The position numbers and the translations under genes are program-made. Below the pieces are notes generated by a model that did not search any database, was not told the DNA's origin, and worked only from the letters and a program-made list of their open reading frames with translations. This document shows positions 49,381 through 59,794 of a stretch of DNA of 64,000 bases, in pieces. Every line of letters begins with the position of its first letter. The stretch's first letter is position 1. This DNA comes from Candidatus Tectimicrobiota bacterium (lineage in GTDB: Bacteria > JACPUC01): contig JACPUC010000001.1 in assembly GCA_016192455.1 (NCBI GenBank), positions 62,001 through 126,000 of the forward strand. Reading direction: 5' to 3'.

Positions 49381-50268
49381 ATGTTCCTCCAGCAGCTTAT
49401 CAACGGCCTGACGCTCGGTGGCGTCTACGCCCTCATCGCGGTGGGCTACACGATGGTCTACGGGGTCATCCAGCTCATCAACTTCGCCCATGGCGAAATC
49501 TACATGTTCGGGGCGTTCCTCGCCTACACCTTCGCGGGAACGCTGGGGGTGCCGTTCTACCTCGCCATGGTCCTGAGCATGCTCTGCTGCGCCGGCCTCG
49601 GCATGCTCATCGACCTCGTCGCCTACCGGCCCTTGCGGCTGGCTCCGCGCCTCGCCGCCCTCATCACGGCGATCGGCGTCTCGCTCTTCCTGCAAAACTT
49701 GGCACGCATCCTCTGGGGGGCTCAGAACAAACCCTTTCCCCATGCAGCGGTGCCCGCCTACCTGCACGAAACCGCCCTGCGCTTCGCCGGCGTCACGGTG
49801 AGCTACCTGCAGCTTTTCATGTTCGCGGTCACCCTCGCTATGATGGCGTCCCTCCACTTCATCATCACGCGGACGCGCTACGGCAAAGCGATGCGCGCCT
49901 GCGCCCAGGACCGCGTGGCCGCCTACCTCATGGGGATCGACATGGACCGCATCGTCACGGCCACCTTCGCCCTCGGCTCGGCGATGGGGGCCGTGGCCGG
50001 GGTTCTCGTCGGCGTTTACTTCAACGTCATCTTCCCCACCATGGGGTACACGGCGGGCGTGAAAGCCTTCGCAGCGGCGGTGCTGGGAGGCATCGGCAAC
50101 GTGCCGGGCGCCATGCTGGGAGGCCTGGTCCTGGGCATCGGAGAGGCCTTCGGCGCCGCCTACCTCTCCTCCCTCTACAGTCACGGCATCGCCTATGCCA
50201 TCATGATCCTCGTCATCGTCCTGCGCCCGTACGGGCTGCTGGGCAAACGAGAGGGCGTGAAGTCGTGA
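49381..50268 (+). CDS. livH: Branched-chain amino acid ABC permease
   Basis: QQLINGLTLGGVYALIAVGYTMVYG, INFAHGE, KAFAAAVLGGIG. Confidence 0.95.
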   Translation: MFLQQLINGLTLGGVYALIAVGYTMVYGVIQLINFAHGEIYMFGAFLAYTFAGTLGVPFYLAMVLSMLCCAGLGMLIDLVAYRPLRLAPRLAALITAIGVSLFLQNLARILWGAQNKPFPHAAVPAYLHETALRFAGVTVSYLQLFMFAVTLAMMASLHFIITRTRYGKAMRACAQDRVAAYLMGIDMDRIVTATFALGSAMGAVAGVLVGVYFNVIFPTMGYTAGVKAFAAAVLGGIGNVPGAMLGGLVLGIGEAFGAAYLSSLYSHGIAYAIMILVIVLRPYGLLGKREGVKS

Positions 50269-50444
50269 TTGTTCATGGGGGGTCATTGATCCCCCACCTG
50301 CCTACCGCCCCAGCGAGGCAGGCAAGCACCCCCTCCTTACGCGAGTGCTACGCACTCGCGGGGGTGGGGCCCATGGCACGACAATTGGGGCAGCGCTTCC
50401 TCGCCCCCACCCGTGGCTCGGGCAGAGGGACATGGGCATCAACG

Positions 50445-51533
50445 ATGCAAGCTGAACGGTTGCGAGGCGAGGAGGCGCGGCGGCTGGCCCCCCTGCGGCG
50501 CGGCTGGGCGGCGCTGCGCGCCGGGCAAGAGCGCCATCGCCCGGCGGTCCTCTCCCTGCTCGTGCTGGCGGCATGCCTGCTGCCGTGGAGCCCCCTCGGC
50601 ACCCCCTTCGTGGTCCACGTCGCCATTCTCGTCATGCTCTACATGGTGCTGGCGCTCGGCCTCAACGTGGTGCCCGGCTTCACCGGCCTGCTCGATCTCG
50701 GCTTCGTCGGCTTCTACGGCATCGGCGCCTACACGGCCGGCCTTCTCACCCTGCGTTTCGCCGGCGCCGACGGCTGGACCGGCTGGCTCGGCAGCTTCTG
50801 GGTGATCCTGCCACTGGCGGCGCTGCACGGCGCCCTCTGGGGCGTCCTCCTCGGGGCCCCGACGCTGCGCCTCACCGGCGACTATTTCGCCATCGTCACC
50901 TTCGGCTTCTCCGAGCTCGTGGTGCTCATCATCACCAACGAGGTGTGGCTGACGCGCGGGCCGATGGGCCTCCCCGGCATCGCGCCGCCGAGCCTCGGCG
51001 GCTACGTGTTTGGCAGCAACCTGTCGATGTACTACCTCATCCTCGGCATGGTCTGTTTCACGGTGCTCGTCATGCACCGCCTGGCCGAGTCGCGCCTGGG
51101 GCGCGCCTGGTTCGCCATCCGCGAGGACCAGGTGGCGGCCCAGACGTGCGGCATCAACCTCTTGACCTACAAGGTCATCGCCTTCGCCATCAGTGCAGCC
51201 TTTGGCGCCATGGCGGGCTCCTTCTTCGCGCGCTGGATTCAGTTCATCAGTCCAAACATGTTCAAGTTCTGGGAGTCGATCTTCATCCTCTGCATGATCG
51301 TGCTGGGCGGCATGGGGGGCATCGTCGGGACGATGCTCGGGGCCGCCCTGCTCATCACGCTCTCCGAGGTGCTGCGGGTGGTGCTGCCGCCGGCCCTCGT
51401 GGGAGCGCGCTTCCTGCTCTTCGGGCTGATCCTCGTGCTCCTCATGCGCTACCGGCCCGGCGGCCTGGTGCCGAGCGCCCAACCGCCACGGGGGCGGCGC
51501 GTCGCCCGCGGGCGGCGGGGGGAGGCGCTGTGA
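50445..51533 (+). CDS. livM: Branched-chain amino acid ABC permease
   Basis: LGLNVV.GFTGLLDLG, LRLTGDYFAIVTFGF, GRAWFAIRED, IVLGGMG. Confidence 0.93.
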   Translation: MQAERLRGEEARRLAPLRRGWAALRAGQERHRPAVLSLLVLAACLLPWSPLGTPFVVHVAILVMLYMVLALGLNVVPGFTGLLDLGFVGFYGIGAYTAGLLTLRFAGADGWTGWLGSFWVILPLAALHGALWGVLLGAPTLRLTGDYFAIVTFGFSELVVLIITNEVWLTRGPMGLPGIAPPSLGGYVFGSNLSMYYLILGMVCFTVLVMHRLAESRLGRAWFAIREDQVAAQTCGINLLTYKVIAFAISAAFGAMAGSFFARWIQFISPNMFKFWESIFILCMIVLGGMGGIVGTMLGAALLITLSEVLRVVLPPALVGARFLLFGLILVLLMRYRPGGLVPSAQPPRGRRVARGRRGEAL

Positions 51534-52336
51534 GCGAGGCGGTCCTGCGCATCGACAGGCTGTCGAAGACGTTCGGCGGCGTCAAGGCCCTGGCAAACGT
51601 CACCCTCAGCATCCCGCCGGGGCGCATCTTCAGCCTCATCGGCCCGAACGGCGCCGGCAAGACCAGCCTCTTCAACTGCGTCTCCGGCCTCGAGCGCGCC
51701 AGCGCGGGTCAGGTCTTCCTCTACCGCGACGGCGCGCCGGTGCGCCTCACGGGCAAGCGGGCCGACGCCATCAGCGTCCTCGGCATCGCCCGCACCTTCC
51801 AGAATATCAGGCTGTTCAAGCAGCTCAGCGTGCTTGACAACGTCAAGATCGGCCTGCACGGGCGCACGCGCAGCGCCTTTCTGGGAGCGGTCTTGCGCAC
51901 GCCGGCGCAGCGGCGGGAGGAGGAGGAGATCGGCGAGCGCGCTCTGCAGGCGCTGCGGCTCGTGGGCCTGGAGGGGTTCCGGCGCGAGCACGCCGCCACG
52001 CTCTCCTATGGGGCGCAGCGCAGGCTGGAGATCGCGCGCGCCGTGGTCTCGCAGCCGCGCCTGCTGCTGCTGGACGAGCCGGCGGCCGGGCTGAACCCGA
52101 GCGAGACGCGCGAGCTCATGGACCTCTTGAACCGCCTCCTCGCGGGGGGTCGGGCCATCTTCCTGATCGAGCACGATATGCGGCTGGTGATGGGCATCAG
52201 CCATCGCGTCGCCGTCCTCGACCACGGCGAGAAGATCGCCGAGGGCGCTCCCGAGGAGGTGCAGCGCGACGAGCGGGTCATCGAGGCCTACCTCGGCAGG
52301 CGACGGGGAAGGAAGGGCGAAGGTGCTGGAGCTTGA
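51530..52336 (+). CDS. livG: Branched-chain amino acid ABC ATP-binding protein
   Basis: GPNGAGKT, IARTFQNIRLF, LSYGAQRRLEIARA, LDEPAAG, VIEAYLG; GTG overlaps livM stop. Confidence 0.95.
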   Translation: MSEAVLRIDRLSKTFGGVKALANVTLSIPPGRIFSLIGPNGAGKTSLFNCVSGLERASAGQVFLYRDGAPVRLTGKRADAISVLGIARTFQNIRLFKQLSVLDNVKIGLHGRTRSAFLGAVLRTPAQRREEEEIGERALQALRLVGLEGFRREHAATLSYGAQRRLEIARAVVSQPRLLLLDEPAAGLNPSETRELMDLLNRLLAGGRAIFLIEHDMRLVMGISHRVAVLDHGEKIAEGAPEEVQRDERVIEAYLGRRRGRKGEGAGA

Positions 52337-53030
52337 GGGCGTGGCGGTCTCCTACGGCGAGGTGCACGCGGTGCGCGGCGTGTCGCTGCGCCTCGAAGCC
52401 GGCAGGATCGCTTGCCTGATCGGCAGGAACGGCGCCGGCAAGAGCACCATTCTCATGGCGATCTCCGGCATCGTCCCGGCGGCGGCGGGGCGCATCCTCT
52501 TCGAGGGGAAGCAGATCGACGGCCTGTCGCCGGCGGCGATCGTGCGCCGCGGCGTCTCGCAGGTCCCCGAAGGCCGGCGCGTCTTCCCCCTGCTGACGGT
52601 GCAGGAGAACCTCGAGCTGGGCGCCTTCACGCGGCGGGACCGCGGCGGCATCGCCGCGGACCTCGAGGCGGCCTACGCCGCCTTCCCCATCCTCGCCGAG
52701 CGGCGCAAGCAGGCCGCCGGCACCCTCAGCGGCGGCGAGCAGCAGATGCTCGCCATCAGCCGCGCCCTCATGGCCCGTCCCAAACTCCTCCTCCTCGACG
52801 AGCCGTCGCTCGGCCTGGCGCCGCGGATCGTCGAGCAAATCTTCGAGGCGCTGGCGGCCATCAACGGCCAGGGGACCACCCTCTTCCTCATCGAGCAGAA
52901 CGCCCAGATGGCCCTCGAGCTCGCCCACTCCGGGTACGTGCTCGAGAACGGCGTCGTCGTCCTCAGCGGCGCCAGCAAGGAGCTGCGCACCGACGACCGC
53001 GTGCGCCGCGCCTACCTCGGCGAGACGTAG
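52323..53030 (+). CDS. livF: Branched-chain amino acid ABC ATP-binding protein
   Basis: GRNGAGKS, VPEGRRVF, LSGGEQQMLA, LDEPSLGLAP, AYLG. Confidence 0.95.
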   Translation: MLELEGVAVSYGEVHAVRGVSLRLEAGRIACLIGRNGAGKSTILMAISGIVPAAAGRILFEGKQIDGLSPAAIVRRGVSQVPEGRRVFPLLTVQENLELGAFTRRDRGGIAADLEAAYAAFPILAERRKQAAGTLSGGEQQMLAISRALMARPKLLLLDEPSLGLAPRIVEQIFEALAAINGQGTTLFLIEQNAQMALELAHSGYVLENGVVVLSGASKELRTDDRVRRAYLGET

Positions 53031-53052
53031 GCGCGCGGAGAAAGTAGGGGGG

Positions 53053-53467
53053 AGAACCACTAATGGACACGGATGCACACGGATCGGTATCCATCGGTGT
53101 GCATCGGTGGGTTCCGACAGGCAGGAGCCTGTGCTGCGACTCTGCGATCTTTGCGCCTCTGCGGTGCAGGGGGATTCACCGCTAGAGACGCAGAGGACGC
53201 GGAGAAGGTAGGGGAGGGGCCACCGATGGAGACGGATTCGGAGGGTATCCGTGTTCATCCGTGTTCATCGGTGGTTCTTCTTCGACCGGCGCAGGAAGCC
53301 TGTCCAACAATCTCTGCGATCTCTGCGCCTCTGCGGTGCATGGGGATTGACCACGGAGACGCGGAGGACGCGGAGAAGGTAGGGGAGGGGCCACCGATGG
53401 AGACGGATTCGGAGGGTATCCGTGTTCATCGGTGGTTCTTCTTCGACCGGCAGGAAGCCTGTTCTAC
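53053..53467. repeat. ~2.5 tandem composite palindromic units (~170 bp), same family as 12370-12950 in the opposite orientation
   Basis: CCACCGATGGAGACGGATTCGGAGGGTATCCGTGTTCATC at 53220 and 53391; CTCTGCGATCT.TGCGCCTCTGCGGTGCA...GAGACGC.GAGGACGCGGAG; GCAGGAAGCCTGT REP-like arms. Confidence 0.9.
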
Positions 53468-53471
53468 GGCC

Positions 53472-54554
53472 TTACAGCCAGCCCTCTTTCCCCTCCGCCT
53501 TAAGGCGATCGAGGAGCGCTTTGATCTCCTGGTCGCGGCTGACGGGGCAGAGGAGGAGCATGCCTTCGTGCTCCACAACGATGATGTCGTGGATGCCGAT
53601 GGCGGCGACGCGCAACTCGTCGCTCCAGATGATGGAGTCGTGCACGTCGACGAGCGCGGCCCGGCCCGGCCGCCGCACGACGTTTCCCTTGGCGTCGCGC
53701 GGCATGATGTCGCGCAGGCTGCTCCAGCTCCCCACGTCGTTCCACGGCAGGTCGCACGGCAGCACCGCCACGTGCTCCGCCTTCTCCATGATGCCGTAGT
53801 CGATCGATTGCGCCGGCAGGCCGGCGTACAGCTCCGCCAGCTCGGCGGCGCGTCGCGGCTGGCCGAGCAGGCTGGCGAGGCGGGGGAGTTGACGCGCCAG
53901 CTCGGGCATGTGGCGCTCGACGAGCGCCTCGAAGGTGCGCAACTTCCAGACGAAGATGCCGGCGTTCCACAGGCAGCCGCCGCCGGCGAGCAGCTCCCGC
54001 GCGCGCTGCGCCGGCGGCTTCTCGATGAAGCGGGCGACGCGCTCGACGCCGCCGCTGGGTAGGGTGGCGAGGCGCTCGCCGCGCTGCAGGTAGCCGTAGG
54101 CCGTGCTGGGGCGGCTGGGGCGGATACCGAGGGTGAGGGCGTACTCGGGGTGGGCCTCGACGAAGCGGAAGCCGTCGCGCAGCACGCGACGGAACTTCAC
54201 CGCTGCGCCGATAAGGTGATCGGCGGGCAGCACCACGAGGCTGGCCTCGGCATGCCGCCGGCGCAGCGCCAGCGCCGCCAGCGCCACGCAGGGGGCGGTG
54301 CCGCGGGCCGCGGGCTCGGCCACGATGTTGCGCCGGGGAAGCTCCGGCAGTTGGCGGCGCACCTCGGCGCGCCAACGCCGATGGGTCACAACGAGGGTGC
54401 GCTCCGGGGGGATGAGGGGCGTGAGGCGCGCCAGCGTCGCCTGCAGAAGGCTGCGCCTGCCGAGCAGCTCCATGAACTGCTTGGGACGGGCGCGGCGGCT
54501 GGAGGGCCAGAGCCGCGTGCCGCTGCCGCCGGCCATGATGACGGCCACCCTCAT
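53472..54554 (-). CDS. manC: Mannose-1-phosphate guanylyltransferase
   Basis: MAGGSGTRLWPSSR..RPKQF, EPAARGTAP, LPADHLI, FIEKP, WNAGIF, SIDYGIMEK, WNDVGSW. Confidence 0.95.
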   Translation of the reverse strand: MRVAVIMAGGSGTRLWPSSRRARPKQFMELLGRRSLLQATLARLTPLIPPERTLVVTHRRWRAEVRRQLPELPRRNIVAEPAARGTAPCVALAALALRRRHAEASLVVLPADHLIGAAVKFRRVLRDGFRFVEAHPEYALTLGIRPSRPSTAYGYLQRGERLATLPSGGVERVARFIEKPPAQRARELLAGGGCLWNAGIFVWKLRTFEALVERHMPELARQLPRLASLLGQPRRAAELAELYAGLPAQSIDYGIMEKAEHVAVLPCDLPWNDVGSWSSLRDIMPRDAKGNVVRRPGRAALVDVHDSIIWSDELRVAAIGIHDIIVVEHEGMLLLCPVSRDQEIKALLDRLKAEGKEGWL

Positions 54555-54668
54555 GCCTCGGCCTTCCCTTGAGACGTTCCGGCCACATCCGCCGTCTTGC
54601 GTCGCCGGGCGATGGTCCCCATCAGACCGCTCCCCGCTCCCCCGCCGCCTCGCGGCCTCTCCCCAGCC

Positions 54669-55265
54669 TCACTGCTTCAGCTTGGAGAGCTTGCCCCAGG
54701 GCATCTTGCGCATGACGATGAACCCCGCGATGAGGAGGAGGACAAAGATGACCGTGGCCGCATTGAGGTAGCGCTCGATGAGAGGCTTCGCGTATACCCC
54801 GAAGACCTTCAGCGTCAGCGCCACCAAGAAGAAGCGGCCGCCGCGCCCCAGCACCGAGGCCCAGACAAAGCGCGGGAAGTTCGCCGCAAAGACCCCGGCG
54901 GCGATGGTGAAGACCTTGTACGGGATCGGGGTGAAGGCGGCGATCCCCACCGCCCAGGCTCCGTAACGCTCGAAGTAGAGGCGGGTGACGAGAATCTTCC
55001 GCTGCGCCACGAAGCGTTCCAGGAGGGGGCGTCCCCCCTTCACGCCGATGAGGTAGCCGAACATGCCGCCCAACACCGAGCCCAGCATGCAGACCGTGGC
55101 GTAGTACTCCGCCAGGGAGGGATCCACGAGCACCAGGGCGATCAGCAGCACATCGGGCGGGATGGGGAAGAAAGAAGACTCGGCGAACGCCAAGAGGAAG
55201 AGGGCCGGCCAGGCGTACGGGGTATGCGCCCAGTGAATCGTCCAGGCAATGAGGGAGTGCAGCAT
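54669..55265 (-). CDS. DedA/YqaA (VTT domain) membrane protein
   Basis: FAESSFFPIPPDVLLI, GSVLGG..GY.IG, FTPIPYKVFTI, GRGGRFF. Confidence 0.93.
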   Translation of the reverse strand: MLHSLIAWTIHWAHTPYAWPALFLLAFAESSFFPIPPDVLLIALVLVDPSLAEYYATVCMLGSVLGGMFGYLIGVKGGRPLLERFVAQRKILVTRLYFERYGAWAVGIAAFTPIPYKVFTIAAGVFAANFPRFVWASVLGRGGRFFLVALTLKVFGVYAKPLIERYLNAATVIFVLLLIAGFIVMRKMPWGKLSKLKQ

Positions 55266-55631
55266 ATCCGTAACGCTGAAGGAGGAAAATGTAAGACAAG
55301 GACTGTCGTTGCGCAGTGTATAGCATGGGTTGTTGCGACGGGCAAGTGGAGGGCGCCGAGGGGGATCGCGGCGCCGACCATCACGAGCCGCGGAGGGGGC
55401 GTTGGCAGAGAAGCGCGCGCCAGGTCACGGTTGCTGGCCGCTGTCACCGCTTGCGGCGACAGGCCGTGACGACGCGGCAGGCAGCCGATGGGACACTCTG
55501 GTCCCGTGGGTACGAGATCGGGGGGAGCGGGCAGGGCCCTTCGGAAAAGCTCGAGTTATCTTGAGGGAATGCAACGTAACATTGTGATATACTGCGGAAA
55601 GTAGTACAAACAGAGGAGCTAATATTCGCCG

Positions 55632-55660
55632 TTGACAAGTCCTTGGTGGGGGCATAAGGT
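55632..55660 (+). promoter_or_regulatory. Putative sigma-70 promoter of the tol-pal operon
   Basis: TTGACA-N17-TAAGGT. Confidence 0.55.
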
Positions 55661-55913
55661 AAGATACCAGCAGGTGAGACGGACTCTCTTCCAGGCGGTG
55701 AGGATAAGCTTCGGAGCTGTTGCAGTGCAGGCAAACGGCGTGAACGCCGCCTTTCTTGCCTGACATGTTCTCAGCCCTTCGGCGTCATGGTGCAGCAACG
55801 TTACCTTCGGCAGGCGTCGGATTTCTGAGCCTTGGAACCTCAACCTCTCCGGCACCGTCCAAGTACGGCAGCGAGGTCGTGTGCACGGGGCGCGCTCGCG
55901 GCAGAGGGAGCGT

Positions 55914-56651
55914 GTGGAGCGGCTACTGGAGGCTTCCTTGAACGGATCGGTTGCCAATCTGGTTTTTTCCGCGGGTCCCATGGCAAAAGCCGTGTTGGGT
56001 ATCCTGTTGCTCTTTTCGGTCATCTCCTGGGCCATTATCGCGCATAAGTTCCGCATGTTCCGCAAGCTGCGCCGGGAAGCGGCGGCCTTCCTGAGCGTCT
56101 TCTACGACCAGAGCAGCTTCGCGACGATCTACGCCGCCAGCCAGCGCAGCCGCAACAATCCCTTCGCCGCGCTCTTCGCGGCCGGCTTCCAGGAATTGCG
56201 CACCTTGCAGATGGGAAAACCGGCGCGCGTCCGGGGCGGGGCCCGGCTGGCGGAGGCGGAGGCGGAGAAGCGCCCCATCCGCTCGCTCGGCACCGTCGAG
56301 CGCAGCTTGAAGCGGGCCATCTCCGTGGAAGCCCGCAAGCTTGAGAGCTCCCTGAGCTTCTTGGCGACCACCGGCAGCACGGCGCCGTTCATCGGCCTCT
56401 TCGGCACGGTCTGGGGCGTCATGAACTCCTTCCAGGGAATCGGTCTGCGGGGTTCGGCCAGCCTCGCCGTGGTGGCGCCCGGCATCTCGGAGGCCCTGAT
56501 CGCCACCGCCGCCGGCTTGGCCGCCGCCATTCCCGCGGTCATGGGCTACAACTTCTTCCTGTCGCGCACCAGGGCCCTCACCACTGAGCTGGAAAACTTC
56601 GCCGGCGATTTCCTCCTCCTCACAGAGCGCGAGATCCTCAACCAGGATTGA
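55914..56651 (+). CDS. tolQ: Tol-Pal system protein TolQ
   Basis: [47 protein letters not shown] start after GAGGGAG. Confidence 0.95.
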   Translation: MERLLEASLNGSVANLVFSAGPMAKAVLGILLLFSVISWAIIAHKFRMFRKLRREAAAFLSVFYDQSSFATIYAASQRSRNNPFAALFAAGFQELRTLQMGKPARVRGGARLAEAEAEKRPIRSLGTVERSLKRAISVEARKLESSLSFLATTGSTAPFIGLFGTVWGVMNSFQGIGLRGSASLAVVAPGISEALIATAAGLAAAIPAVMGYNFFLSRTRALTTELENFAGDFLLLTEREILNQD

Positions 56652-56675
56652 ACAGCTCTGGGAAAGCCTGCAGCG

Positions 56676-57080
56676 ATGGCGAATTCTCTGCATTCCTCCG
56701 GTTCCTCCATGGCGGAGATCAACGTCACGCCGCTGGTGGACGTGATGCTGGTGCTGTTGATCATCTTCATGGTCACAGCCCCCATGCTGCAACAAGGCAT
56801 CGACGTGCAGCTCCCCAAGGAGGGCGGCAAGGAGCTGGCCCTGGACAAGCAGTTCGTCGTCACGGTGGGGCCGGACGGACGCATCTTCTTCAACGAACAG
56901 CGCCTGTCGCTCCAGAAGTTCGAAGCGACGTTGCGCGCCATGCCGGAGCAGCAGAAGCAGCGCGAGATCTTCCTCCGCGCTGACACGTCGGTTTCCTACG
57001 GCGCCGTGATGAAGATTATCGCCGCCATTAAGCGCGCTGGCTTTGAGCGCCTGGGCATGGTCACCGAACCAACGTCGTAG
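56676..57080 (+). CDS. tolR: Tol-Pal system protein TolR
   Basis: EINVTPLVDVMLVLLIIFMVTAP, LRAD..V.YG.V. Confidence 0.95.
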   Translation: MANSLHSSGSSMAEINVTPLVDVMLVLLIIFMVTAPMLQQGIDVQLPKEGGKELALDKQFVVTVGPDGRIFFNEQRLSLQKFEATLRAMPEQQKQREIFLRADTSVSYGAVMKIIAAIKRAGFERLGMVTEPTS

Positions 57081-57224
57081 GAGCAGGCAGACCGGCAAGG
57101 CCGGGCGCTCGTTCAGGATGGTGCGGCGCCGGCAGGGGGGCATGCCCCGCAACGCACGGCCGGGGTCTCGCAGCGACCCACCTGGCAGGCGCGCGGTGTC
57201 GACGGCGAGAATGGCGGCTGAACC

Positions 57225-58232
57225 ATGCCTCGCATGATCCTCTGGTCCCTTTTGGGGCATGCCCTTCTCCTGCTGGGGTTCCTTGTGGCGCACCTCCTGT
57301 CGGGCCCCTCCCGCCTGCCGAACGTCTACCGGATCAACATCGTTGAGCTGCCGGGAAGCGGCGCGAAGAGCCTCGAGGCCTCTTCGGCGCCCAGGCGGGG
57401 TGGTGCTGCGTCACAGCAGGCGCAGGCCGCGGCGCCGCAAGTGAAACGGCCGGCGACGAACAAGAACGGTACGACCCCACCGCCACCCCGCGCCGCGCCC
57501 GCTGCCGAACCGGTCAGCGTGAAGACGCCGCGCAAGGTGGTGCGGAGCGAGGCCCCGACCCAGGAGGCGGCGCGGGCGGCGGCGCCCAAGCCGGCGAAGA
57601 TGGCTCTGCAACGATCGCCGACGGGCAGTCGGCGCCTGGTCAAGGAGCAGGCCTCCAAGCAGGCCGCGGAAAGGGGGGAAGAACTCACCAAGATGATCCG
57701 CAGCGCCGCGCTGGAACCCAAGGCCAGCAGTCCGCCGCGCGAGCCGCCGGCGCCGCGGCTCGCGACGCCGCCGGCGCCATCCCGCCGCGACGCCGGTCCA
57801 GCCGCGCGGGAGGCGGCGCGTCAGCCCGAGGCGGGGGCCGACTCCGTGAACCTCTCCGCCCGCCTCTCGGGGCGAGGGCGCTGGGTGCGGGAGGGGGCGC
57901 AGCTCTCCAGCGGCGAGGGGCTCAGCGAGGATGCGGTGAACTTCCCCTTCATGGAGTACTTGCGCAACGTCAAGCAGAAGGTGTATGAGAAGTTCCTCCT
58001 CAACACCGCCGAGGCAAGCGGGCAGGAGGCGCGCAAGGCCATCATCTACTTCCAGGTGGGGCGCAGCGGCGCCATCCTGAACGTCAGGGTGGAGAAGAGC
58101 TCCGGCAGCGCCACCCTGGATCGCTCCGCCGCCACGGCCGTGGAGAGTGCCTCGCCCCTGCCGCCGTTGCCCGAAGCGTACAAAGCGGAAGTCCTGAACA
58201 TTCATTTCGGCTTTGAATGGGTTCGGCTTTGA
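57225..58232 (+). CDS. tolA: TolA/TonB family energy transducer
   Basis: TM SLLGH motif, Pro/Ala/Lys linker, C-terminal KSSG...LDRSA..AV..ASPLPPLP. Confidence 0.85.
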   Translation: MPRMILWSLLGHALLLLGFLVAHLLSGPSRLPNVYRINIVELPGSGAKSLEASSAPRRGGAASQQAQAAAPQVKRPATNKNGTTPPPPRAAPAAEPVSVKTPRKVVRSEAPTQEAARAAAPKPAKMALQRSPTGSRRLVKEQASKQAAERGEELTKMIRSAALEPKASSPPREPPAPRLATPPAPSRRDAGPAAREAARQPEAGADSVNLSARLSGRGRWVREGAQLSSGEGLSEDAVNFPFMEYLRNVKQKVYEKFLLNTAEASGQEARKAIIYFQVGRSGAILNVRVEKSSGSATLDRSAATAVESASPLPPLPEAYKAEVLNIHFGFEWVRL

Positions 58233-58256
58233 AGGGATTCGACAAGGGTGACCCAG

Positions 58257-59591
58257 ATGGCACGTTCGGTCGGCAACGCTCTCGTTCGGCTCGCGCTTGT
58301 GCTGCTCCTGGTGGCGCCTGCTCTGCCCGTCTGGGGCCAGGGCGCGGAGGTCTACCTCGACGTTCGCAAGGAGGGGTCGGGCCTCTTCGTCGCCGCCATT
58401 CCCCCTTTTGAGTCTGGCGCGGGCGAGGAGGCGCAGCGCCTCGCCGGCATCCTGCGGGAGGTCCTGCGGCAGGACCTCGATGTGGCCGGCTTTTTCCGCC
58501 TGCTGAATGACGAGCCCCTCCTGCAACAGCTTGAAAGCGAGGATCGGGCCGCCGGCGCCATCAGGTACCCGGAGTGGCAGTCGACCGGCGCGCGGCTGCT
58601 CATCAAGGGGAAAGTCGAGGCGGAAGCCAGCCGCGTGTCGCTGCAGGTGGGGCTTTACGATGCGGCGACCCGGACCGCACGGCTGAGCAAGACCTACGGC
58701 GGCAGCCGCGAAACGCATCGCCTGCTTGCCCACCGCGCCAGCAACGACGTCATGCAGAACCTCTTCGGCGAAGCCGGCATCGCCGACACGCGCATCGCCT
58801 TCCTGGGCTACTACCAGGGCCACAAGGAAGTCTTCGTGATGGATTACGATGGCTTCAACGTGGAAGGGCTGACGCGCGACCGCTCGGTGATCGTGGCGCC
58901 GCGTTGGGCGCCGGATGCGCGGCGCCTCTTCTACACCAGCTACCGCGACCGCAACCCCGACCTCTACCAGTTCTCCCTGGCGAACGGCCAGTCGCAGCCC
59001 GTCTTCCGCTTTCCTGGCATCAACGCCATGCCAGCCTGGTCGCCCGACGGCAAGGAGATGGCCGTCGTGCTGAGCAAGGACGGCAACCCGGAGGTTTACC
59101 TCGCCAACGCCGACGGCTCGAACCTGCGGCGCCTGACGAACAACCGCGATATCGACTCGGCGCCAACCTGGTCCACGGATGGGAAGCACATCTACTTCAC
59201 CTCGGACCGCGCCGGTTCGCCGCAGATTTTCGCCATGGATCGCAACGGCGACAACGTGCGACGCATCACCTTCACGGGCACGTTCAACGACCTGGCAACC
59301 TGGTCGCCGCGGGGAGACCTGATCGCTTTTGTCTCGCGGGTGAACGGCGCCTTCCAGATAGCCCTCATGAACCCCGACGGCTCCGGAATGCGCTACCTCA
59401 CCGGCGCCAGCGGCAGCAGCGAGAGCCCCTCCTGGTCCCCGGATGGGCGCCTGCTCTGTTTTTCCTCGACCCGCAACGGTGTCTCGAATCTCTACCTCAT
59501 GCGCACGGATGGCACCGGCTTGCGGCAGATCACCACCTTCCGCACCGGGGCGTTCAGTCCCTCCTGGTCCCCGCGTCCCAAGCAGCCCTAG
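58257..59591 (+). CDS. tolB: Tol-Pal beta-propeller protein TolB
   Basis: TRIAF, MDYDG, repeated P.WSPDG blades. Confidence 0.95.
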   Translation: MARSVGNALVRLALVLLLVAPALPVWGQGAEVYLDVRKEGSGLFVAAIPPFESGAGEEAQRLAGILREVLRQDLDVAGFFRLLNDEPLLQQLESEDRAAGAIRYPEWQSTGARLLIKGKVEAEASRVSLQVGLYDAATRTARLSKTYGGSRETHRLLAHRASNDVMQNLFGEAGIADTRIAFLGYYQGHKEVFVMDYDGFNVEGLTRDRSVIVAPRWAPDARRLFYTSYRDRNPDLYQFSLANGQSQPVFRFPGINAMPAWSPDGKEMAVVLSKDGNPEVYLANADGSNLRRLTNNRDIDSAPTWSTDGKHIYFTSDRAGSPQIFAMDRNGDNVRRITFTGTFNDLATWSPRGDLIAFVSRVNGAFQIALMNPDGSGMRYLTGASGSSESPSWSPDGRLLCFSSTRNGVSNLYLMRTDGTGLRQITTFRTGAFSPSWSPRPKQP

Positions 59592-59794
59592 AGGTTGGTA
59601 GGCGCGGCCGGCGGCGTTAGGCGTGGTGACGTAAATTGTCATCTTGAGCTTCGCACGCAGAGGAAGTAGAATAAGTCCCGCCACCGATACGGAGCAACCA
59701 TGCGGCCCGAGCTCGCTGCCCCGTCCGTGGGTGGATGAAGGGTGGGGCGGGCTGGTCCCATGGCAGAACGTTTCACTTGAGAGGAGCGGCGCAC

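Noticed and set aside
53053-53467. CRISPR array or coding ORF (53073-54062)
   Set aside because: Long composite repeats; the ORF is repeat-derived and antisense to manC
55660-55770. Riboswitch in the tolQ leader (GGCAAAC plus hairpin)
   Set aside because: No downstream c-di-GMP-I core or other recognisable consensus
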